NCBI GenBank assembly: GCA_002898235.1
Contig: BEIL01000001.1
Coordinates: 16,034-80,033 of the forward strand
Length of the DNA stretch: 64,000 bases
Direction: 5' to 3'
Origin: a bacterium HR35
GTDB taxonomy: Bacteria > Patescibacteriota > Minisyncoccia > UBA6257 > HR35
The position numbers and the translations under genes are program-made. The notes under the pieces were generated by a model. That model searched no databases. It had not been told where the DNA came from and saw only the letters and a list, made by a program, of their open reading frames with translations. Within the stretch, counting starts at the first letter, position 1; every line of letters begins with the position of its first letter. Below are positions 30,563-42,336 of this stretch, one piece after another.

Positions 30563-30790
30563 ATGAATCCTGAAATTTTAAAAACTATTGTTCCTTCACT
30601 AACTATTGTTTTGGGCGTAATTTTTCCAGCTTTAATGATTGGTAAAATCGGAACCGAAGCAATGAAAGCTATTGGTCGAAATCCTGAAGCAGCCTCTAAA
30701 ATCCAGACAGCTATGATTTTAGCTATTGCTTTTGCTGAAGCTATAGCTATTTATGTTTTAGTTATGTCATTAATTATTAAATTTACCTAA
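30563..30790 (+). CDS. atpE: ATP synthase subunit c
   Basis: GRNPEA loop; AFAEAIAIY with the conserved Glu. Confidence 0.95.
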   Translation: MNPEILKTIVPSLTIVLGVIFPALMIGKIGTEAMKAIGRNPEAASKIQTAMILAIAFAEAIAIYVLVMSLIIKFT

Positions 30791-31278
30791 TGGAAAAGCT
30801 ATTTGAAGCTTTTGGAATTGATTTAAAGATTTTAATTTCTCAAGCTATTAATTTTTTTATAGTTTTCTTTGTTATTTATAAATTTTTTGTTAAACCATTA
30901 AATCAAGTTATTGAAGAAAGAAAGAGAAAAATTGAAGAAGGTTTAAAACTTCGAAAAGAAGCCGAAAAATTATTAAAAAAAATTAAACTTATAAGAAAGA
31001 AAAACCAAGAAAAAATTTTTGAGGAAAAAAGACAAGCTAAGGAAGAAATTGAAAATTTTAGAAAAGAAAAAATTGCTGAAATTTTAAAAGAAACAGAAGA
31101 ATTAAGAAATAAAATGATGATGGAAATTGAAGAAGAAAGAAAAAGAAAAAGAGAAGAATTTTACCAACAACTTGAAAGAGAAACTCCTCAAATTATGCTT
31201 AATTTAGCCAAAAAAATTTTTGGTAAAGAGGAATTAAACGAAAAATTTATTATTAATAGTTTAAAAAATGACAGATAA
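30790..31278 (+). CDS. atpF: ATP synthase subunit b
   Basis: QAINF..KPL..ERKRKIEEGL; operon position. Confidence 0.92.
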   Translation: MEKLFEAFGIDLKILISQAINFFIVFFVIYKFFVKPLNQVIEERKRKIEEGLKLRKEAEKLLKKIKLIRKKNQEKIFEEKRQAKEEIENFRKEKIAEILKETEELRNKMMMEIEEERKRKREEFYQQLERETPQIMLNLAKKIFGKEELNEKFIINSLKNDR

Positions 31279-31639
31279 AGTTAAAGTTTTGGGTGAAGCT
31301 ATGATAAATTTAGCTAAAAAGAATAAATGGCGATTAATTGATTTGTTTTTAGAAAGAATTCAAGAAGAGAAAAATCCTTATCTTTTACTTGAATTAAAAG
31401 AATATCTTAAAAAAAGAAAAATTCAATTAGCTAATTATGAACCAGCAAAACTCTTTTTGGCTTTTGATTTTGATGAAAAAAAAATTGAAGAGTTGATTGA
31501 AAAGAAATTCAAATTAAAAATAAAAATTGAAGAGAAAAAATTTGATAAAGATTTAATTTTGGGCGGTAAAATAAAAACCGAAGATTTTTTAATTGATTTC
31601 TCTTTGAGGCAATTAATTTTGGAAATTTTTAAAGACTAA
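31268..31639 (+). CDS. atpH: ATP synthase subunit delta (short)
   Basis: DKDLILGGKIK..IDFSLR; located between atpF and atpA. Confidence 0.8.
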   Translation: MTDKVKVLGEAMINLAKKNKWRLIDLFLERIQEEKNPYLLLELKEYLKKRKIQLANYEPAKLFLAFDFDEKKIEELIEKKFKLKIKIEEKKFDKDLILGGKIKTEDFLIDFSLRQLILEIFKD

Positions 31640-33143
31640 TGGAAGATTTAAGCTTTTTGATTGAAAAATTAGAAAAAGAAATTGAAAATTTAGAAGTTAC
31701 TCCAGAACTTGAAGAAGTTGGAGAAGTAATAAGGGTTGGTGATGGAGCTGCTTGGATTAGCGGGTTGAAGAATACTTTTGTTTCTGAAATATTATTTATT
31801 GAAGAGAAAAATATTTTACTTTTAGCTTTGAATTTGGAAGAAGGTTTAGTTGGAGCAGTTGCTTTGAATGATTTTGATAAAATTAAACAGAGTGATTTAG
31901 TTAAAAGAACAAAAAAAATTATTCAAGTGCCAGTTGGTGAGGAATTAATAGGTAGGGTTATTGATCCTTTGGGTAGACCTTTAGATGATTTACCTCCAAT
32001 CAAAGCTAATTCTTATTTACCTTTAGAAAGAAAAGCTCCGAATGTATTTGAAAGAGAACCAGTTAATACTCCTTTACATACAGGAATTAAAATTATTGAT
32101 GCTTTAATTCCTATTGGTCGAGGCCAAAGAGAGCTTATTTTGGGTGATAGACAAACAGGTAAAACCTCAATAGCTTTAGATGTCATTTTAAATCAAAAAA
32201 ATGATACTTATCGGACTCCTATTTGTATTTATGTAGCTATTGGTCAAAAAATGTCAAAAATTAGGAGAATGTATGAGATTTTAAAAAAAGAAGGAGCTTT
32301 AGATTATACCATTATTGTGGCTACGACTCCTGAAGATCCGCCTATTTTACTTTACTTAGCTCCTTATGCTGGTTGTAGTATCGGTGAATATTTTCGAGAT
32401 AAAGGAAGGGATGCTTTAGTAATCTATGATGATTTAACTAAACATGCTTGGTCTTGGCGAGAAATTTCTTTGCTTTTAAAAAGGCCAGTAGGACGAGAAG
32501 CTTATCCAGGTGATATTTTCTATACTCATTCACGACTTTTGGAAAGAGCAGCTAAGCTTAAAAATGGAGGTAGTTTGACAGCTTTACCTATTTGCGAAAC
32601 TCAATTAGGAGATGTTTCAGCTTATATTCCAACTAATTTAATTTCTATTACTGATGGTCAAATTTATTTATCTAACGATCTCTTCAAAGCCAATTTTCGA
32701 CCAGCAATTAATATTGGACTTTCAGTTTCTCGTGTTGGTTCAAAAGCACAAACAAAGATAATGAAAAAAGTTGCTGGTAAATTAAAACTTGATTTAGCTC
32801 AATATAGGGAATTGGAAGAATTTGCTAAATTGTCAGCTGAACTTCCAGAAGATATTGCTAAAAAATTAAAAAGAGGAAAAATATTAATGGAAATTCTTAA
32901 ACAGGAAAATTTAAGACCGTTAACCTTTGAGAAAATTGCAATTTTAATTTATGCTGCTAATAATGGTTTTTTTGATGATTTTGAAATTGAAAAAATAAAA
33001 GAAATTGAAATAAAACTTTTGGAATATTTTGAATTAGAAAAAAAAGAAGTTTTAACTGAAATTATAAATCAAAAAGATTTAACTGATGAAGTTGAAGCAA
33101 AATTAAAAGAGGCACTTATTTACTTTTTCGAAAATTATAAAAA

Positions 33144-33147
<4 letters not shown>
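31639..33147 (+). CDS. atpA: ATP synthase subunit alpha
   Basis: GRGQRELILGDRQTGKT; GREAYPGDIFY.HSRLLERA. Confidence 0.98.
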
Positions 33148-35639
<2,492 letters not shown>

Positions 35640-36170
35640 ATGAAAATATCTATTTCCGGATTAGCAGCTTCAGGAAAATCAAGTTTAGCTAAAGAGCTAG
35701 CTAAATTTTTTGAATTGGAGTTTTATTCAGCTGGTAAAATTTTTAGGGAAATAGCTGAAGAAAAAAATTTAGATTTGGAAACTTTAAGCAAAATTGCTGA
35801 TCCGGCTATTGATGAATTGGTTGATAAAAAAACTCAAGAAATTTGTTTAATTAAAGAAAAATTTGTAATTGAAGGTAGATTAGCTATTTATTTTTGTCCT
35901 AACTCATATAAAATCTTTCTAACTGCTTCTCAAGAAGTGAGAGCTCAAAGGTTAGCTTTTAGAGAAAATTTAAATTTTTCTCAAGCTTTAGAGATGATAA
36001 TAGAAAGAGATAAAAATGATTTAGAAAGATATAAAAAAATTTATGGAATAGAGAATTATGATGAAGAAATGAAAAAATTGGCTGATTTGGTAATTGACAA
36101 CTCTTTAATAACTTTAGAAGAAACATTTGAATTGGCTAAAAAGAAAATATTGGCTGTTTATAAAAAATAA
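35640..36170 (+). CDS. cmk: Cytidylate kinase (archaeal-type)
   Basis: ISGLAASGKS, SAGKIFREIA, VIEGRL, ERYKKIYGI. Confidence 0.85.
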   Translation: MKISISGLAASGKSSLAKELAKFFELEFYSAGKIFREIAEEKNLDLETLSKIADPAIDELVDKKTQEICLIKEKFVIEGRLAIYFCPNSYKIFLTASQEVRAQRLAFRENLNFSQALEMIIERDKNDLERYKKIYGIENYDEEMKKLADLVIDNSLITLEETFELAKKKILAVYKK

Positions 36171-36230
36171 GACAAAAATTTATGGTAAAATAAAATTATA
36201 TATTATTTGAAGTTTTTTAATAAATAACAT

Positions 36231-36301
36231 TGCGGGGTGGTGGAGTAGGACCACGCGGGTCTCATAAGCCCGAGACGTCGGTGCAAATCCGACCCCCGCA
36301 A
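36231..36301 (+). tRNA. tRNA-Met (CAT), initiator-like but atypical
   Basis: TGCGGGG..CCCCGCA-A acceptor; CGGGT-CTCATAA-GCCCG anticodon arm; GTCGG-TGCAAAT-CCGAC T-arm. Confidence 0.9.
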
Positions 36302-36323
36302 CAAATTTTTATTTTTTAAACAA

Positions 36324-37604
36324 ATGAAAAAACAAATAGTAATTTTAGGAGGAGGATTTGGTGGTGTTTATACTTTAAAATATTTGCATAAATTTTTTCA
36401 TAAACGCGGACTAAGGCAGACTGAACGCGGACTTACGCAGACAAGTATTAAATTAGTATTGGTGAATAGAAAAAATTATTTTATTTTTACGCCCTTGCTT
36501 CATGAAGTTGTTACTGGTGGAGTTTCAATTGATAATGCTTTAGAACCAATAAGAGAAATTATTAAATGCTGTGATTTTGATTTTATTCATGGAGAAGTTG
36601 AGAAAATTAATTTAGAAAATAAAATTGTTTATATTAATAAAGAAAAAGAAAATTATAAAGTTAATTATGATTATTTAGTTATTGCTTTAGGTTCAAAAAC
36701 AAATTATTATAATATTCCCGGTGCTAAAGAATATACTTTTTCGTTAAAAACAATTGATGATGCTATCAGATTGAAAAATCATTTTGTTCATATGTTTGAA
36801 TTAGCGAGTATATCGCAGAGTGAAGCAGCGATTAATAAATATTTAACTTTTGTAATCGTTGGGGGAGGAGCAACTGGAGTTGAGCTTGCTGGTGAAATGA
36901 GTGATTTGTTTTATAAAACTTTTAGCAAATTTTACCCACCAGCTTTAATTTCTCAAGTTAAAATCATCTTAGTTGAAAAGGGTAAAGAATTGATTCCTCA
37001 ATTTTCTCCCAAATTAAGACAAAAAGCATTAGAAAGATTAAAAAAATTAAAAGTTGATGTTAGATTAGAAAGAGGAGTTGTTGAAGTTGGTGAAGATTTT
37101 ATTAAACTTGATGATGGTAATATTATTGAAACAAAAACAGTTATTTGGGCAGCAGGAGTTGAACCAAATTTACCAGAAATCATTGGCAATGTTGAAAAAG
37201 ACAGTAGAGGGAGATTGGTTTTGAATGAATATTTACAAGTAAAAAATTATAATGATGTTTTTGCTATTGGTGATGTTTGTTGTTTTATTCAGGATCAAAA
37301 ACCTTTACCTCAATTAGCTCAAGTTGCAGTTAGACAAGCAAAAACAGTTGCTTTAAATATTAAAAACTCAATTGAAAATAAACCATTAGAAAAGTTTATC
37401 TACAAGCACACAGGCGACTTAATTTCAGTTGGTAGATTTTATGCTCTGGGTGAAATTAAAGGAATTGAATTTTCAGGTTTAATCAGTTGGTTTATTTGGA
37501 AAGGAGTTTATTTAACTAAAATGATTTCCTTTAGGGATCAAGTAAAAACATTTATTGATTGGTTTTTAAACCTATTTTTACCAAGAGATATAACTGAACT
37601 CTAA
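36324..37604 (+). CDS. ndh: Type II NADH dehydrogenase-like FAD/NAD oxidoreductase
   Basis: GGGFGG, FTPLLHEV, VGGGATGVELAGE, WAAGV, AIGD, PQLAQVA. Confidence 0.9.
   Translation: MKKQIVILGGGFGGVYTLKYLHKFFHKRGLRQTERGLTQTSIKLVLVNRKNYFIFTPLLHEVVTGGVSIDNALEPIREIIKCCDFDFIHGEVEKINLENKIVYINKEKENYKVNYDYLVIALGSKTNYYNIPGAKEYTFSLKTIDDAIRLKNHFVHMFELASISQSEAAINKYLTFVIVGGGATGVELAGEMSDLFYKTFSKFYPPALISQVKIILVEKGKELIPQFSPKLRQKALERLKKLKVDVRLERGVVEVGEDFIKLDDGNIIETKTVIWAAGVEPNLPEIIGNVEKDSRGRLVLNEYLQVKNYNDVFAIGDVCCFIQDQKPLPQLAQVAVRQAKTVALNIKNSIENKPLEKFIYKHTGDLISVGRFYALGEIKGIEFSGLISWFIWKGVYLTKMISFRDQVKTFIDWFLNLFLPRDITEL
36402..36443 (+). repeat. In-frame 11/10-bp repeat insertion in ndh
   Basis: AAACGCGGACT AAGGCAGACT GAACGCGGACT TACGCAGACA encodes KRGLRQT ERGLTQT. 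Confidence 0.85.
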
Positions 37605-37629
37605 ATGAATTATTGATTTTCAATTAATA

Positions 37630-38430
37630 ATGCCAGAACTACCTGAGGTTGAAACAATTAAAAAATATTTAGAAAGAAAAATTGTCAAGCAAAAAATTCA
37701 AGATATCAAAATTTTTGACCGCAAAGGATTTAAAGGTGAAAAAAATAAAGTCATTGGAACAAAAATTTTAAAAATTAAACGAAAAGGTAAATTTTTAATT
37801 TTTATTTTAAATAACAGTTATAATTTACTTTTTCATTTAAAAATGACAGGACAAATTTTATTTTTCAATTTCTTGAGAAATTCAGAAATTAATAAAGCAA
37901 CAAAAGTTATTTTTGTTTTGAATAATGGTTATCTAATTTTTAATGATGTTAGAAGATTTGGTTGGGTAAAAGTTGTTGCCGAAAAAAATCTAAAAGAAGA
38001 GATAAAAAATTTGGGAATTGATGCTTTAAATTTAACTTTTGACGATTTAAAAGAAATTTTAAGTAAGACTAAAAGACCAATAAAACTCGTTTTAATGGAT
38101 CAAAGGAGAATTGCTGGTATAGGGAATATTTATGCAAACGAAGCTTTATTTTTAGCAAAAATTAATCCTTTAAAGCCAGCCAATTCTCTTAAAAATGAAG
38201 AAATAAAAGAACTTCTTGAAGCAATAAAAATTGTTTTAAAAAAAGCAATTAATTATGGTGGTTCAAGTATTAGTTCTTATGTTAAACCAGATAAAAGAAA
38301 AGGAAAATATCAAGAAAAATTTTTGGTTTATCGAAGAGAAGGGGAAAAATGTAAAAATTGTAAAACAGTTATAGAAAAAATAAAATTAGGAGGAAGAAGC
38401 ACTTTTTATTGTAAAAATTGCCAAAAGTAA
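37630..38430 (+). CDS. mutM: Formamidopyrimidine-DNA glycosylase
   Basis: MPELPEVET, HLKMTG, AGIGNIYANE, C-terminal C4 zinc finger. Confidence 0.97.
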   Translation: MPELPEVETIKKYLERKIVKQKIQDIKIFDRKGFKGEKNKVIGTKILKIKRKGKFLIFILNNSYNLLFHLKMTGQILFFNFLRNSEINKATKVIFVLNNGYLIFNDVRRFGWVKVVAEKNLKEEIKNLGIDALNLTFDDLKEILSKTKRPIKLVLMDQRRIAGIGNIYANEALFLAKINPLKPANSLKNEEIKELLEAIKIVLKKAINYGGSSISSYVKPDKRKGKYQEKFLVYRREGEKCKNCKTVIEKIKLGGRSTFYCKNCQK

Positions 38431-38457
38431 ATTAAAATACAATCTATCATTTGAAAA

Positions 38458-39363
38458 ATGGAGGGGTTAGTTCTCTTTAATAAACCAAGTGGTTTAACTT
38501 CAACACAAATTGTAAATTATTTTAAGAAAATAACCAAAAAGAAAGTAGGACATGGAGGGACCTTAGATCCTTTGGCTAATGGGCTTTTAATACTAGGAAT
38601 AGGAGAATTTACTAAAGAATTAACGAAGTTTTTAAAAGAAAGTACCAAAACCTATATAGCTGAGATTGTTTTAGGAGCAAAATCAAATACATATGATAAA
38701 GAAGGAAAAATTGAAGTTGTAAGCTCAAAAAAAGTAGAATTAGAAGAAATAGAAAAAACCTTAAATGAATTTTTAGGAGAAATAGAACAAAGCCCGCCGC
38801 CATTTTCAGCTGTTAAGATTAAAGGTAAGCCGGCTTATCAATATGCTCGCTTAAGAGAAAAGATTGATTTAAAACCAAGAAAAGTAAAGATTTATGAAAT
38901 TAGAATTATAAATTACAATTGGCCTAATCTTAAACTTGAATTAACAGTCTCTTCTGGAGCTTATATTAGGTCATTGGCTAATGATTTAGGAGAAAAATTG
39001 GGTGTTGGAGCTTATTTGAATGGTTTAGTTAGAACAAAAATCGATGAATTTAACTTAGACGAAGCTCTTACTTTTGAAGATTTGAAAAATAATTATCTGG
39101 AATTTTTAGCTAAAGTTTATGGACGAGTTCAGGGTGTTGGTTTTAGATTTTTTTGTTATAACTGGGCTAAAAATTTAAAAATTTTTGGTTATGCAAAAAA
39201 TTTAAATGATGGTAGCGTTGAAATTTTAGCTCAAGGCAGAGAAGAGAATTTGCAAAAATTTTTAGAAAAGATAAAACAAGGACCAAAATTAGCTAAAATT
39301 GAAAAACTCGAAGTTGTCTGGAGAAAAGCAAAAAATAAAGTTTTTAACTTTGAAACTCTTTAA
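38458..39363 (+). CDS. truB: tRNA pseudouridine(55) synthase fused to a C-terminal acylphosphatase domain
   Basis: KVGHGGTLDPLA, PPPFSAVKIKG, SSGAYIRSLA; then GRVQGVGFR..GYAKNLNDGSVE. Confidence 0.92.
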   Translation: MEGLVLFNKPSGLTSTQIVNYFKKITKKKVGHGGTLDPLANGLLILGIGEFTKELTKFLKESTKTYIAEIVLGAKSNTYDKEGKIEVVSSKKVELEEIEKTLNEFLGEIEQSPPPFSAVKIKGKPAYQYARLREKIDLKPRKVKIYEIRIINYNWPNLKLELTVSSGAYIRSLANDLGEKLGVGAYLNGLVRTKIDEFNLDEALTFEDLKNNYLEFLAKVYGRVQGVGFRFFCYNWAKNLKIFGYAKNLNDGSVEILAQGREENLQKFLEKIKQGPKLAKIEKLEVVWRKAKNKVFNFETL

Positions 39364-39390
39364 AATAGTTTTATAATTTAATCAAGAAAA

Positions 39391-40254
39391 ATGATTGAGG
39401 AGTTACACGATAAAAAAGTAAAATTTTTAGAGGAAAAAGCAAACGAAATCCGACAATTAATTATTGATATGCTTTTAGAAGCAGGCTCTGGGCATTCTGC
39501 TGGACCATTGGGAATGGCTGATATTTTTTCAGCTTTTTATTTTCATATTTTGCGTCATGATCCCCAAAATCCTGATTGGCCTGATCGAGATAGATTAATT
39601 TTATCTAATGGTCATATTTGTCCTGTTCGTTATGCTGCTATGGCGCTTGCTGGTTATTTTCCAGTTGAAGAATTAAAAACATTAAGAAAAATTAATACTC
39701 GTCTTCAAGGCCATCCTCATCGAACAACACTTCCAGGAGTTGAAACTTCTTCTGGCCCTTTAGGTGAAGGAATTTCTCAAGCAATCGGCATTGCTTATGC
39801 TGGAATTTTAGATAAAAAAGATTATCATGTTTATTGTATTACTTCTGATGGCGAGCATCAAGAAGGAAATACTTGGGAAGCTTATATGTGGCTTGGTAAA
39901 AATCCTTTACCGAATTTAACAATTATTATTGATCGAAATTACATTCAAATTGATGGAGTAACAGAAGACGTTATGCCCCTTGAACCATTAAAACAAAAAT
40001 TAGAAGCTTTTGGTCTTCATGTTTTAGAAGTTGATGGTCATAATATCAGAGCTTTTGTTGATGCAGTTAGAACAGCAAGGTCAGAATGGAGAAGGACCTC
40101 GGTTATTATTGCTTATACAATTCCAGGTAAAGGAGTAAGTTTTATGGAAAAGAAATTTGAATGGCACGGCAAACCACCAAACAAAGAAGAAGCCAAAAAA
40201 GCCTTAGATGAACTAAGAACATTAGGAGGAAAAATAACTAGTGAGCATCAATAA
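39391..40254 (+). CDS. Transketolase, N-terminal (TPP-binding) subunit
   Basis: AGSGH, DRDRLILSNGH, LQGHP, SDGEHQEG, WHGK. Confidence 0.93.
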   Translation: MIEELHDKKVKFLEEKANEIRQLIIDMLLEAGSGHSAGPLGMADIFSAFYFHILRHDPQNPDWPDRDRLILSNGHICPVRYAAMALAGYFPVEELKTLRKINTRLQGHPHRTTLPGVETSSGPLGEGISQAIGIAYAGILDKKDYHVYCITSDGEHQEGNTWEAYMWLGKNPLPNLTIIIDRNYIQIDGVTEDVMPLEPLKQKLEAFGLHVLEVDGHNIRAFVDAVRTARSEWRRTSVIIAYTIPGKGVSFMEKKFEWHGKPPNKEEAKKALDELRTLGGKITSEHQ

Positions 40255-40267
40255 TTCAATAACATTA

Positions 40268-40310
40268 TAGTAATTCAATAGTAATACAATAGTAATACAG
40301 TAGTAATCAA
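40268..40310 (+). repeat. 11-bp tandem array (TAGTAAT core) at the left edge of the surface island
   Basis: TAGTAATTCAA TAGTAATACAA TAGTAATACAG TAGTAATCAA. Confidence 0.8.
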
Positions 40311-40834
40311 AATATTTTTTAGAAGTGGTAAAATTAAAATAAATGAGTTGGCTTATGGAAAAAAAGTATATTTTGATAGTATTATTTTTGCTTTTCTTGG
40401 GGCTAGTTTTAATTAAGCAAACAAAAATTAGAGCAGAAATCGCTTATTTTTATCCTCAAAGTTGTTTAGGAAGTTTTATTAATCCTGAAAAAGCCCAAGG
40501 AAAGCCCGAAGTTGATAATCCTGATTTAATAAATGAATCAAATTCTGCTGTTTATTTAGGCGGTTTTAAAGAAATTTATTGTGGAAATTTTCAAGGACCA
40601 GAAGTACAAGGCGAAATAAAGAAAATAACATTACATTTTAATTGGATTGTTACTAAAGAAAGGAGAGAAGCAGTTCTAACTGAACCAACCTCAACAAACG
40701 ATTCAAATATTTTAGAAAAAATTATTCCTCCGAAAACAATAGAAATAATACCAGCAACTCCAACAACTGAAACAGCACCTTTACCAAATACCACTCCAAC
40801 ACCAGAAGCAACCTCGACACCTCAGTCATCTTTT

Positions 40835-40912
40835 AACACGGATTCACGCGGATTATTATTACACGGATATACACGGAAATTATTTAACCTAGATAAAAAT
40901 TATCTAGATATC
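40835..40912 (+). repeat. In-frame decamer-family insertion
   Basis: AACACGGATT CACGCGGATT .. ACACGGATAT ACACGGAAAT .. AACCTAGAT; encodes NTDSRGLLLHGYTRK inside a T/P-rich linker. Confidence 0.75.
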
Positions 40913-41224
40913 TTATTTTGGTGGAAAACAACTTTTGCTGAAGAAATGGCAACACCAATAGAATCGACAACACCTACAACCTTAACAACAACTCCATCAG
41001 AAGCTCAAAATCAATCAACTGAAACTCAATCAATAATAATTACAACAACTCCTACATCTACAGAAAATCAAACCGAAACAACCTCTTCTACTACAAGTAC
41101 TGAAGCATTGACTACTCCAACAACCTCAGAAACAACTTCATTAACAACCTCAACTCCTCCTAAAACTCTATTTGAAGTCCATTACACTTTGGATGGTGAA
41201 AATTGGACTTATCTTGGAGATATT

Positions 41225-41269
41225 AAAACGCAGACTAACGCAGACAACACGCAGACTAACGCAGACAAC
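41225..41269 (+). repeat. In-frame decamer-family insertion (perfect 21-bp duplication)
   Basis: ACGCAGACTAACGCAGACAAC x2 (41228-41269) encodes TQTNADN TQTNADN. Confidence 0.9.
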
Positions 41270-41940
41270 TATTTTATTCCCGATGTTTCTTTTGAAATAC
41301 CAGTAAATAATTGGCTTGATATTTCAAAAATTCAAATAAAAATCAATTCTTTACCTGATACTGACTACTATCTTTATTTAGAATCAATGTGGTTTGAAGT
41401 TGAATATGAACTTCCGCAAGCAACATCAACTATTTCAGAAATAACAAATTTTGTTGGTGGCACTATAAGTTCTTTAACAGAAAATTTTTCTAATGATACT
41501 TCTACATTGTCAGAAACCTCAACATCTTATGGCGAAGATGATGAAGAAATTTTAACTCCAACAAATTTAGAAAATGCTACTCCTACTCCTCATTACCTCC
41601 TCTTAAACAAAGAAAATATACTAAAGAAATAAAAATTCAAAATCCTGACAATATTTCTTGTAAAATAGAGCCATTTTCAATTGAAGTTAAAGAAGAAGAA
41701 ACAAAAACAGCCAATTTAATAATTTCAGCAAATAACACAAAAAACATTGAAATCGGAAGCTTGCCTTCAGGAATAGACATTCAATTAGAAAATAATAATT
41801 ACGAAATGCAAACATCAAATAATTCAATTCAACTAAAAATATATCGTCAACAAGGTTCAGACAAAGGCAACTTCAATATTCCAATAATCCTTTCCTCAGG
41901 CAATTCAACAATAATTTGTCAAATGAATATCATAGCATTT

Positions 41941-41988
41941 TAGTAGCTAGTAGCTAGTAATTAGTATCTAGTAGCTAGTAGTAGTAAG
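41941..41988 (+). repeat. Heptamer array (TAGTAGC-type) filling the spacer upstream of the four-helix-bundle gene
   Basis: TAGTAGC TAGTAGC TAGTAAT TAGTATC TAGTAGC TAGTAG TAGTAAG, then ATG. Confidence 0.9.
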
Positions 41989-42336
41989 ATGAAAACAAAA
42001 TCTTTTAAGGAATTAATAGTTTGGCAAAGAGCAAAAGAATTAGCAATAGAAGTATATAAATTAACATCAAAATTTCCAAAGTCAGAGCTTTTTGGATTAA
42101 CAAACCAAATGAGAAGAGCTTCAATTTCTATTTCTTCAAATATTGCTGAAAGTTATCATCGCTTCCATTCTAAAGAGAAAAAACAATTTTTAGCAGTTGC
42201 CTTTGGCTCTGGAGCAGAATTAGAAAGCCAAATTGAAATTGCTAAATCACTTTTTCCAAATTTAGATTATTCAAAAGTAGAAACATTACTTGCAGATATA
42301 ATGAAAATTTTAAATAAAATTATTAATAAAAAATGA
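41989..42336 (+). CDS. Four helix bundle protein (23S rRNA IVS-protein-like family)
   Basis: SFKELIVWQRA..YKLT..FPKSELFGLTNQMRRASISISSNIAE..AFGSGAELESQ. Confidence 0.93.
   Translation: MKTKSFKELIVWQRAKELAIEVYKLTSKFPKSELFGLTNQMRRASISISSNIAESYHRFHSKEKKQFLAVAFGSGAELESQIEIAKSLFPNLDYSKVETLLADIMKILNKIINKK

Larger units (their letters stand above)
40343..41943 (+). pseudogene. Secreted Thr/Ser-rich surface protein interrupted by a single frameshift near 41590
   Basis: ORF 40343-41632 ends in a short odd tail; the -1 frame is open 41545-41943 and reads SLPPLKQRKYTKEIKIQNPDNISCKIEPF...ICQMNIIAF, including the 41761-41943 ORF. Confidence 0.7.

Noticed and set aside
30563-30790. Na+-coupled ATP synthase
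   Set aside because: Subunit c has AEAIAIY and lacks the Q...E-S/T sodium-binding signature
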